The notes under the pieces are model-generated. The model was given only the letters and a program-made list of their open reading frames with translations, ran no database searches and was not told where the DNA came from. The translations under genes and the position numbers were made by a program. From an uncultured Trueperaceae bacterium (GTDB lineage Bacteria; Deinococcota; Deinococci; Deinococcales; Trueperaceae), in contig CAWCUY010000014.1 of assembly GCA_963798895.1 (NCBI GenBank), positions 364,875 to 428,874 on the forward strand: 64,000 bases of DNA. The letters are read 5' to 3'. The first letter of the stretch is position 1. Every line of letters begins with the position of its first letter. Positions 31,526-41,117 of this stretch are shown here, piece after piece.

Positions 31526-32476
31526 ATGACGGTGCTCTTGATCGGACTCGTGGTCGCGGTGGTGGGCCTGGTGCTGCTGGTGCAGGGCGTCCAGGCGAAG
31601 CAGGCGGCGCTTCGCTCGCTCGGCGTGGCCGTCGTCGTGCTCGGGCTCGCCGGCGCGTTCGCCTCGCGTACGTACGTGGTGGTGCCCGCTGGCCACGTCG
31701 GGGTGGTGTTCAACGTCTTCGGTGGCGTGCAGGAGGCCGAGCTGGGCGAGGGCTTCCACCTGATCCTGCCGTTCGTGCAGCAGGTGACGCTCTACGACGT
31801 GCGTCAGCAGGAGATCACGCTGGCGCGCGAGACGGGTGACGAGGTCACCGCTCGCTCGAGCGAGGGCCTCGAGATCACGGTCGACGTGACGATCCTGTAC
31901 CAGGTCGCGGCCGACCGGGCGGCGAAACTCCATCAGGACATCGGGCCGTCGTACGTCGATGTGCGCCTTCGCCCTCAGATCCGAAGCCAGGTGCGCGACA
32001 GCATCGCCGGGTTCGCGGCGGCGGAGCTGATCAGCACGCAACGCTCCGAGCTCGGCACGCTCATCGACGAACGGCTCGCCAACGAGCTCGGGAGCGACAA
32101 CATCAACGTCCTGACGGTGCTGTTGCGTGACGTGCGCATCCCCGAGACGATCACGCGCGCCATCGAGGAGAAGCAGGCGGCCGAGCAGCAGGTGCAGGTC
32201 GAGGAGAACCGCAAGCGCCAGGCCGAGATCGCGGCGCAGCGGCGCGTCGTGGAGGCGCAGGGCGAGCGCGACGCCGCCATCGCCGAGGCCGAGGGGGAGG
32301 CGCAGGCGCTCACCCTCCGCGGTCGAGCGATCCGCGAGAACCCCGAGATCATCCAGCTCGAGGTGGCCCAGAAGCTCGCGCCGGGCGTGCAGACCATCCT
32401 GCTGCCGTCCGACGGCAACTTCCTGCTGGATCTGCGTAACGTGGTCCGTCCGCCGGCGGAGGCAGCCGCTCCCTGA
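31526..32476 (+). CDS. SPFH/Band-7 (prohibitin/HflKC-like) membrane protein
   Basis: N-terminal TM segment, SPFH domain and a C-terminal coiled-coil region (EEKQAAEQQVQVEENRKRQAEIAAQRR). Confidence 0.8.
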   Translation: MTVLLIGLVVAVVGLVLLVQGVQAKQAALRSLGVAVVVLGLAGAFASRTYVVVPAGHVGVVFNVFGGVQEAELGEGFHLILPFVQQVTLYDVRQQEITLARETGDEVTARSSEGLEITVDVTILYQVAADRAAKLHQDIGPSYVDVRLRPQIRSQVRDSIAGFAAAELISTQRSELGTLIDERLANELGSDNINVLTVLLRDVRIPETITRAIEEKQAAEQQVQVEENRKRQAEIAAQRRVVEAQGERDAAIAEAEGEAQALTLRGRAIRENPEIIQLEVAQKLAPGVQTILLPSDGNFLLDLRNVVRPPAEAAAP

Positions 32477-32638
32477 CCGGCGCTCGCCGGCCGTACCCAC
32501 CGCCGACGGCCGTTCGCCGGCCGGCTCGCCTACCGGCCTACCGCCGGCGGGCGTTCGCCGGAGGGCGTTCCCGCGTCTGCCCATCGCCGGCGGGCGCTCG
32601 CGGCTCCGGGCGGCCCGGCCGGCGCTTCCGGGAGCGCC

Positions 32639-33724
32639 TCATCCCAGGCGGACGCCACCGCGGCGGACCACGCTGCCGATGCGGTGCAGTGGCTCGGGGC
32701 AATGCTCGCGCGCGCGCGCGACGTCATCCGGGCGCACGATCACGACGAAGCCGACCCCCAGGTTGAACACGCGCGCCATCTCCTCGTCCGTCACGCCGCC
32801 GCGGTCCTGGATGAGCCGGAAGACGCCCGGCACCGGCCAGCTTCCGCGGTCGACGTCGGCTCCCAAGCCCCGGGGCAGCGACCGCGGAAGGTTGCCCGGC
32901 AGCCCGCCGCCGGTCACGTGGCTCATGCCGCGAACCAGGCCGGCGTCGAGGAGCGGGCGCACCGCGCCGAGGAAGCTGCGGTGCGGCGTGAGCAATGCGT
33001 CGCCCACGGTGCCGTCCTCGAACGGCTCGCCGTAGCTTCCGCCCAGCACCGCGCGCGCGAGGCTGAACCCGTTCGTCTGCAGGCCGTGCGAGGGCAGCCC
33101 GAGCAGGGCGTCGCCTTCGCGCACCTCCGAGCCGTCCACCACCGCGCCGCGTTCGACGATGCCGACGATCGTGCCGACGACGTCGAGCTCGCCCGGGGCG
33201 TAGACGCCCGGCATCTCGGCGGTCTCGCCGCCGAGGAGGGCCACCCCCGCCTCGCGGCAGGCCGCGGCGGCGCCGCTCACCACCTCGGCGACCACCGTGG
33301 GATCGAGCCGCGAGCTCGCCACGTAGTCGAGGAAGAACAGCGGCGACGCGCCCTGCACGAGGATGTCGTTGATGCAGTGGCCTACGAGATCGAATCCGAT
33401 GCCCCGGTGGCGCCCGAGGGCGGCCGCGACCATGGTCTTCGTGCCGACACCGTCGGTCGATGCCACCAGGACGGGCTCCCGGTAACCGGCGGGGAGGGCG
33501 AAGAGGCCGCCGAAGGCGCCGAGCGCCCGTAGCACGTTGGGCGTGGCGGTGCTCGCGACCGCCTCGCGGATGCGCTCGAGGGTCCCGTCGGCGGCGTCGA
33601 GATCGACGCCGGCGCGGACGTAGGCGCCGGGGGCGGCCGCGCCGCGCGATGCGCTCCCGCGGGAACCGCCGCGGTCGCTGCGCTCGTCGTCGCCGTCGGG
33701 GTGGTGGCTGCGGTCGTCGCTCAT
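32639..33724 (-). CDS. purM: Phosphoribosylformylglycinamidine cyclo-ligase (AIR synthetase)
   Basis: PurM motifs (DGVGTK, GGETAEMPG); about 40-aa Asp/Arg-rich N-terminal extension; start at the ATG (MSDDRSHH). Confidence 0.88.
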   Translation of the reverse strand: MSDDRSHHPDGDDERSDRGGSRGSASRGAAAPGAYVRAGVDLDAADGTLERIREAVASTATPNVLRALGAFGGLFALPAGYREPVLVASTDGVGTKTMVAAALGRHRGIGFDLVGHCINDILVQGASPLFFLDYVASSRLDPTVVAEVVSGAAAACREAGVALLGGETAEMPGVYAPGELDVVGTIVGIVERGAVVDGSEVREGDALLGLPSHGLQTNGFSLARAVLGGSYGEPFEDGTVGDALLTPHRSFLGAVRPLLDAGLVRGMSHVTGGGLPGNLPRSLPRGLGADVDRGSWPVPGVFRLIQDRGGVTDEEMARVFNLGVGFVVIVRPDDVARAREHCPEPLHRIGSVVRRGGVRLG

Positions 33725-33869
33725 CGGGGCGATTGTATCGCCGGCGCGGCGCTCTCCCGACACGGCCCGGACCCGCGGCCCGCCGCCCGTCGCGATCCCC
33801 GTCGGGGGACGGCTCGGTCGGCGCCCCCCCGCCGCCGCGCACGGTCCGCACGGGTCGGTAGACTGATCC

Positions 33870-36125
33870 GTGCCGATCGCGCTCGACGTCCTCCTGCCGC
33901 TCCCGCTCGAGCCGCTCACGTTCCTCCCGCCGCTCGGGAGCGTCGAGGGCCCGGTCGGCGCCCGTGTGGTGGTGCCGTGGCAGTCGGGCGTACGCATCGG
34001 CCTGGTGGTGGGCACGCGCCGAGTCGATGCCGGCCGGGGGCTCGAGCTCAAGGAGGCGGTCGCCTGGCTGGACGCGCGCCCGTACCTGGGCGACGCCGCG
34101 CCGGCCGCGCTGAGGCGCATGGCGCGGCGCGCCGCGGCGCCGACCGGCCTGCTCCTGGCGACGTTCGCGCAAGCCGCGTTCCGCGAGGAGCTGCGCTACG
34201 AGGTGATGCCGGTGGAGGGCGCCCCCGACCTGGGGCACGGGCTCGCACAGGGGCGCTGGAGCGATGCCGCCGTGCTGCCGGCCGACCGGCTCGAGCTGCT
34301 GCGCCAGCAGGGAGCCCTGCACGAGCGCGCCCTGCCCGTGCGCGCAACCGTGCGCGTGCTGGCGCATGCGCGAGCGGCCGACGACGCCCTGGACGGCGCG
34401 CGCCGCGCCAATCAGCGCGAGGCCCTCGCGCTGCTCGAACGGCTCGAGCACGCCGACAGCGCGGCGGCGCTCGCGCGTGACGCCGGCGTGCCCGAGAGCG
34501 CGGTGCGCGCGTTGGTGGAGAAGGGCTACGCCGCGTACCGGGAGGTGGAGCGCGTGCCCCCGCCCCTCGCCGGACCCCCCGTCGACGCGCCGCGGCCGGA
34601 CCCGGCGCCGCCGGCCGCCGTCCCGCCCGAAGCCGATGGCGTCGTCACCGGTGGCCTCCGGCTGCAGCGCCTGGCCGCGCTGCTGCCGCGCCTGCGCTCC
34701 GATCTCGATGCCGGGCGCAGCGTCCTGGTGCTCGCCCCGGAGCAGGCCCAGCTCGAGGAGGCGGCCGGGGCGCTCGCGTCCCTGCCCCTGCACCTGCTGT
34801 CGGGCGACAGCAGCGACGCGCAGCGGCGCGCCCTGTTCGAGGCCCTGCCCGAGGGCGGTCCGTGCGTGGTGCTCGGCACCTACCTTGCGTTGCTGGCGCC
34901 GGCGCCGACGCTGGGGCGGGTGGTCGTGCTCGACGCCGGCAACGCCAGCTACAAGCTCCAGGGCGGCGCGCGGGTGGCGGTGCAGGCCGCGGCCGAGGAG
35001 CTCGCCCGCGCCTACGGCGCCGCCCTGACGCTGGCCGACGTGGTCGCGGGCCCCGAGATCGTGGCGCGCTTCGCCGCCGAGGAGCGCCGCAGCCTGCCGC
35101 TGCCGCCGCTTCGCCTGCATGCGGCCGACCTGCACACCAGCGCCAACTGGCCGTTGCACCCGGACCTGGTGCGGGTGCTGCGGCAGGTCGAGGAGCGGCG
35201 CCGGCAGGCGGTGGTCATCGCGCCGCGCCGCGGCTTCTCGGCGGCCCTGGGCTGCGAGGCGTGCGGTTGGCTGGCGAGCTGCCCGAACTGCGACCTGAGT
35301 CTCCGGTTCCACCGCCAGGACGGGCGCCTGCGCTGCCACCAGTGCGGTCACGAGGAGCGGCCCCCCGCGGCCTGCCCGAGCTGCGGCGGGACCGAGCTGG
35401 CGCCCCTGAAGGGAGCCGGCACGCAGTGGGTCGCCGCGCAGCTCGCCGGCATGCTCCCCGACACCCCGGTCTACCGTTGGGACCGCGACCGGCGCGACGA
35501 CCTCGGTGCCCTCGTCGGCGGCGAGCCGGGCGTGGTCGTGGGCACCACCGCGCTGCTGCGCCTGCCGCCCCTGCCCCTCGTGTCGCTCGTCGCCCTCACG
35601 CTGTTCGACACGCACCTGGCCCTGGCCGACTTCCGGGCCGAGGAGGAGGCCCTGCGCCTGCTGCTGCAACTCGCGGAGCTGGCGCCGGGACGCCGTCCGC
35701 TCACCGTGGTGCAGACCTACCAGCGCGAACACCCCGTGCTGCACGCGCTCGCTTCCGAGCACGCCGAGGTCGAGGTGGAGACGTTGATCGGGCGGTTGCT
35801 CGAGCGTCGCCGACGCTTCGGGTATCCGCCGTTCGCCGCCCTCGCGAAGCTGCAGCTCGGCGCGCGCGACCGCGCCAGCGCGTCCGCCGCGGCGGACGCG
35901 CTGGCGCTCGAGCTGCACCGGCGCGGCGCGGCCGAGGACGACATCCTCGGGCCCGCGCCCGCACCGGTCGCCAGGGTCAAGGGGCGCTACACCTACCAGC
36001 TCGTGCTGCGCGCCGCCGAGCCAGGCACGCTGGAAGACGTGCTCGCGGGCCTGCCGGCGCGTTTCGGCGGCGCCGCGCTGCGCGTGGACGTGGACCCGCG
36101 CGACGTGGGCGAGCTCCTCGAGTGA
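33870..36125 (+). CDS. priA: Primosomal protein N' (PriA) homolog with degenerate helicase motifs
   Basis: PriA N-terminal 3'-binding domain, Cys-rich zinc region (CEACGWLASCPNCD...CHQCG...CPSCGG) and C-terminal domain are present; Walker A (GKT) and DEEH are absent (LDAGNASYKLQGG replaces DEEHDSSYKQ). Confidence 0.85.
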   Translation: MPIALDVLLPLPLEPLTFLPPLGSVEGPVGARVVVPWQSGVRIGLVVGTRRVDAGRGLELKEAVAWLDARPYLGDAAPAALRRMARRAAAPTGLLLATFAQAAFREELRYEVMPVEGAPDLGHGLAQGRWSDAAVLPADRLELLRQQGALHERALPVRATVRVLAHARAADDALDGARRANQREALALLERLEHADSAAALARDAGVPESAVRALVEKGYAAYREVERVPPPLAGPPVDAPRPDPAPPAAVPPEADGVVTGGLRLQRLAALLPRLRSDLDAGRSVLVLAPEQAQLEEAAGALASLPLHLLSGDSSDAQRRALFEALPEGGPCVVLGTYLALLAPAPTLGRVVVLDAGNASYKLQGGARVAVQAAAEELARAYGAALTLADVVAGPEIVARFAAEERRSLPLPPLRLHAADLHTSANWPLHPDLVRVLRQVEERRRQAVVIAPRRGFSAALGCEACGWLASCPNCDLSLRFHRQDGRLRCHQCGHEERPPAACPSCGGTELAPLKGAGTQWVAAQLAGMLPDTPVYRWDRDRRDDLGALVGGEPGVVVGTTALLRLPPLPLVSLVALTLFDTHLALADFRAEEEALRLLLQLAELAPGRRPLTVVQTYQREHPVLHALASEHAEVEVETLIGRLLERRRRFGYPPFAALAKLQLGARDRASASAAADALALELHRRGAAEDDILGPAPAPVARVKGRYTYQLVLRAAEPGTLEDVLAGLPARFGGAALRVDVDPRDVGELLE

Positions 36126-36219
36126 TGTCGTGAACGCCATCACGAGGTTCTGATTTGTGAACTCGTGCCGGAAGGCGCGTGCCCGAGGCGCCGACCGGCT
36201 ATGATGGCGAAGGTGTGCC

Positions 36220-36663
36220 ATGCTGAGAAATCGCCGCGCTACACACGATTATGAGGTCCTCGACAGGTTCGAGGCCGGCCTGCAGTTGAGCGGAAGCGAG
36301 GTCAAGTCGCTGCGTGGCGGGGGTGGCTCCATCGCCGAGGCGTTCGCGCGCCTCGACGGGGGAGAGGTCTTCCTCGAGGGGATGACCATCCCGCCCTATA
36401 GCGAGGCCAGCTACAACAACCACGAGCCGCTGCGCCGGCGCAAGCTGTTGCTCAAGCGCCGGGAGATCGACGAGATCGCGCGGGGGCTCGAGCGCAAGGG
36501 CCTCACGCTCATCCCGCTGAAGCTCTACTTCAAGGACGGCTGGGCCAAGATCGAGGTCGCCCTCGCGCGCGGCAAGAAGCTCCACGACAAGCGCCGCGAC
36601 GCCGCCGCGAAGGACGCAAAGCGCGAGATGGAGCGAGCGCTCTCGCGCGGCGGCGACCGCTGA
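36220..36663 (+). CDS. smpB: SsrA-binding protein
   Basis: Full-length SmpB (about 147 aa) with a conserved basic C-terminal tail. Confidence 0.95.
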   Translation: MLRNRRATHDYEVLDRFEAGLQLSGSEVKSLRGGGGSIAEAFARLDGGEVFLEGMTIPPYSEASYNNHEPLRRRKLLLKRREIDEIARGLERKGLTLIPLKLYFKDGWAKIEVALARGKKLHDKRRDAAAKDAKREMERALSRGGDR

Positions 36664-38066
36664 TGCGGTCGCGCGGCCGCACGCCGGCCGCCGGCGGCCG
36701 GCCGATCGGCCTGTGGGCCCTGGTGTGCGCTGCGCTGCTCCTCGGCGCCGCGCGCGCACAACCGCCCCTCGTGGTCAACGGGGTGGCCGTCCCCGGCAAC
36801 ACCACGGCCCTCGTCTCCGGCACCTCGTACGCCCCGGCCGCCTCCCTGGCGCAGGCGCTGGGCGCGCAGTACTTCACCGACGCCCAACGCACCGTGGCCA
36901 CGCTGAAGCTCGGCGGGCGCCTGCTGCAGGCCGACGTCGTCGCCATCTCGGACGCGACGGCCGCCGGCGGCTTGCGGCTCGACGGCGCGCCCGTCGCCGG
37001 GTCCTCCGCCGTGCTGGACGGAAGCGAGGTGTTCCTCCCTGTCAAGCCGGTGGTCGAGGCCTTCGGAGGCACGGTCGCGTACCTGCAGGAGCAGGGCAGC
37101 GTGGTGGCGGTGCTGCCGCGCGCCCGGCTCTCCGGGCTCGCGGTCGAGAGCGGCGGCGGCGGCGAGAGCGTCGTGCTCCGCCTCAGCTCGCCCGTGCGCT
37201 ACTCGGTGTACTACAACGAGCCGGTCAACGTGCTCGAGCTCCACGTCGAACGCACCGATCTCCCGCGCGCGGTGACGCCCGTGAGCGGCGACCGGGTCGT
37301 CAGCGCGGCTGCCAGCGCCGCCGCCGGCAGCGTGGACGTGCGCGTGCAGCTCCAGCCCGACGTGACCTACCGGGTGTACGACGTGCCCGCCGGCCGCGGG
37401 TTCCAGGTGGTGGTGGGTCTGACGCGCGGCGGGGCGGCCACGGCCACGGCGCCCAGCGCGCGCGTCGTGCTCGACCCGGGGCACGGTGGCGAGGACGCCG
37501 GCCTCAGCTTCGCCGGTTTCGGTAGCGAAGCAGCGCTCACGCTGGCCTTCGTCGAGCGCCTTCGCGGCGCCCTGACGAGCCGTGGGCTCGACGTCAGCCT
37601 CACGCGCGATTCCGATCGCGAGGTGCCGCTGGAGACCCGGTCGCAGGACGGCGTGGGGGCGGACCTGTTCGTGTCGGTGCACGCCGCGGCCCTGCCCGCC
37701 GGGCAGTTCCACGCCTACTTCCTGGCGGACGCCGACTCCGTCGCATCGCTGGACATGGCGATCCGCCAGAACGCCGAGAGCGCCGCCCAGCGCGCCGAGA
37801 CAGACAGCCTCCGGCGCCGCATCCTTCTCGACCTGGTGCCGGATCTCGAGGCCGGTCGCGGCTTCGCCGATGCGATCTCCGCGGAGCTGTTCCAGGCGGG
37901 CGGGTACCGCTCCAGCGACACCGCCGGAGCGCCGCTGTACGTGCTGGGTGGGGCCGCGGGCCGCGGCGTGATGCTGGAGTTCAGCCCGCAGGACCTGGCC
38001 TCCTCGGCGCTTCCCGATGCCGTGGCGGCGGCGTTGGTCCGGGCGCTTGCCGGGCGCGCGCAGTGA
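36663..38066 (+). CDS. N-acetylmuramoyl-L-alanine amidase (Amidase_3, AmiC-like) with an N-terminal secreted domain
   Basis: Signal peptide; catalytic VLDPGHGGEDAG motif; ATG overlaps the smpB stop (TGATG). Confidence 0.8.
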   Translation: MRSRGRTPAAGGRPIGLWALVCAALLLGAARAQPPLVVNGVAVPGNTTALVSGTSYAPAASLAQALGAQYFTDAQRTVATLKLGGRLLQADVVAISDATAAGGLRLDGAPVAGSSAVLDGSEVFLPVKPVVEAFGGTVAYLQEQGSVVAVLPRARLSGLAVESGGGGESVVLRLSSPVRYSVYYNEPVNVLELHVERTDLPRAVTPVSGDRVVSAAASAAAGSVDVRVQLQPDVTYRVYDVPAGRGFQVVVGLTRGGAATATAPSARVVLDPGHGGEDAGLSFAGFGSEAALTLAFVERLRGALTSRGLDVSLTRDSDREVPLETRSQDGVGADLFVSVHAAALPAGQFHAYFLADADSVASLDMAIRQNAESAAQRAETDSLRRRILLDLVPDLEAGRGFADAISAELFQAGGYRSSDTAGAPLYVLGGAAGRGVMLEFSPQDLASSALPDAVAAALVRALAGRAQ

Positions 38067-38770
38067 GCCCGCGCCCACAGGCCGCCGGATCGCCCCCGCC
38101 GCGCGAAGGCGGGCGCCGCGCCGCCTCCGCGCAGGCGGACGCGCGCCGGCCCGGCGCGGCCGGCGACGGCCCGGAGGTGCGCGACGTGCCGCCGCCCGGG
38201 ACCACGGGGCCGTCCGCCGGCGATCCACCGCGCAACGGGCGGGCGAGGATGCTGGCGGCGCCGCACGTCATCTTGGCGGCGCTGCTGTTCGTCGCGGCGC
38301 TGGTCTTCTACCTCGCCGGCGGTGTCCCGGGGGTGCCGCGGCCGGAGCGGGTCGACATCGCGCGCCCGAAGCCGGCGGCGACGCGCACCCAGGACGTCCG
38401 CCTGGTGCTGGTCGACGCCGGCGGGCTCGAGCGCCCGCGGTTCGTGAAGCTGGCGCTCCCGGAGGCGCCGGCGGCCCGCTTCCAGGTGGTGCTGGACGCC
38501 CTTCGAAGCGCGTTGGAGGAGACGGGGGCGTGGCCCGCGGAGCTGGCCGCCCCGCGGGCGTTCGCCCAGGAGACGAACCGCAGCACCGTGGCGGTGGTGG
38601 ACATGCCGGCGGGCTCGAACGCCGCCGTGGACGTGGTGCAGGAGCTGCAACTGCTGCACTCCATCACGCGCACGTTGAGCGCCAACGGCGCCGACGAGGT
38701 GCGGTTCCTGCGCGGCGGCCGGCCCACCGACACGCTGCTCGGGCACGTGGCGGTGCCGTCGGGGCTGTAG
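38063..38770 (+). CDS. GerMN-domain membrane/lipoprotein
   Basis: TM anchor plus a GerMN-like fold; 4-nt overlap with the amidase stop; the start is uncertain and may lie at the internal M at MLAAPHV. Confidence 0.55.
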   Translation: MSPRPQAAGSPPPREGGRRAASAQADARRPGAAGDGPEVRDVPPPGTTGPSAGDPPRNGRARMLAAPHVILAALLFVAALVFYLAGGVPGVPRPERVDIARPKPAATRTQDVRLVLVDAGGLERPRFVKLALPEAPAARFQVVLDALRSALEETGAWPAELAAPRAFAQETNRSTVAVVDMPAGSNAAVDVVQELQLLHSITRTLSANGADEVRFLRGGRPTDTLLGHVAVPSGL

Positions 38771-38791
38771 CCCGCGCGCGTCGCGCCGGGC

Positions 38792-40090
<1,299 letters not shown>

Positions 40091-40307
40091 GGGGCCGAGT
40101 CTACCAGGGGCGGCCGTTCGGACGCGCGGGAGGGCCGTGAGGGACGCGTGGGCTCACGGGCGCGTGCATACCCGGCGCGGCGCGAGGCGCGGGCGCGCGG
40201 GGGGGCGGCGTAGGGCCCGTGGGTCCCCAGCGCGGTACGAGGCGCGGGCGCGCGCCATGCTCCGCGCGGGACGGCGGGCGCGGAGGCCGGCGAGGGGCGC
40301 GCGACGC

Positions 40308-41117
40308 TCAGACGGGCTCGAGCAGGGCCGCCTCCTCCAGCGCGGCGACCACCCCGCACGATTCCACGTCCCCGGCCACGTCGGAGAAGCGCTCGAGCAA
40401 CTCCGGCGCGCTGTTGCTCATGATGACGGGGTGCCCCACCGCCTCGAGCATGCCGATGTCGCCCAGGCTGTCGCCGACGGCCATCGTGTTCTCGAGCTTG
40501 ATCTTCAGCGAGGCCGCGAGGTCCCGCACGGCGCTGGCCTTGTCCACGCCGGCGCGGGTCACGCTCACGAACGCGGTTTCGCGGAGCGCCGGGCTGGTGG
40601 CGAGCGAGGTCTTCGCGCCTTCGATCTCCAGGGCCTGCATCTCCGGCGCCTGCCGCAGCGGTACCACCCACTGGGCGCGGATCACCGGCTCGTTGTCGAC
40701 CACGTCCCCGAGGTCCCGGACGATGGCGTTGACGCCGATCATCTTGGCGTGCGCCTCGCTGATGTCGGTCTTGCGCTCGACGAAGAGGTTGCTGGGCGTG
40801 TAGAGCTCGAGCACGAGGTTGCGCTTGCGCGCCTCCGCGATCAAGGCGCGGGCGGTCGCCTCCTTCAGGGCGGAGGCGCGGATCGTCTCGCCGTCCGGGT
40901 AGGCGATGTGGGCGCCGCTCTGGAAGATGTGCGGCGTCGCGGGTCCGAGCCGCTGCGCCACGCGCAGGGCGGTGCCGAACCCCGGACGGCCGGTGCACAC
41001 CGCCAGCTTCACGCCTTCCTCGCGCACGCGCTCGGCCGCCTCCCATACGCACCCCTGGACGAGCCCGTCGGAGCCGATGAGGGTGCCGTCGAGGTCGAGC
41101 ACGACGAGCGGGATCAC
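40308..41117 (-). CDS. HAD-superfamily hydrolase, Cof subfamily
   Basis: DLDGTL motif I and GDSLGDIGM motif IV; GTG start overlaps the aspS stop (GTGA). Confidence 0.8.
   Translation of the reverse strand: MIPLVVLDLDGTLIGSDGLVQGCVWEAAERVREEGVKLAVCTGRPGFGTALRVAQRLGPATPHIFQSGAHIAYPDGETIRASALKEATARALIAEARKRNLVLELYTPSNLFVERKTDISEAHAKMIGVNAIVRDLGDVVDNEPVIRAQWVVPLRQAPEMQALEIEGAKTSLATSPALRETAFVSVTRAGVDKASAVRDLAASLKIKLENTMAVGDSLGDIGMLEAVGHPVIMSNSAPELLERFSDVAGDVESCGVVAALEEAALLEPV

Noticed and set aside
32724-36221. 1165-aa minus-strand ORF
   Set aside because: It runs antisense to priA and purM and has Arg/Ala/Gly low-complexity composition with no recognisable domains.
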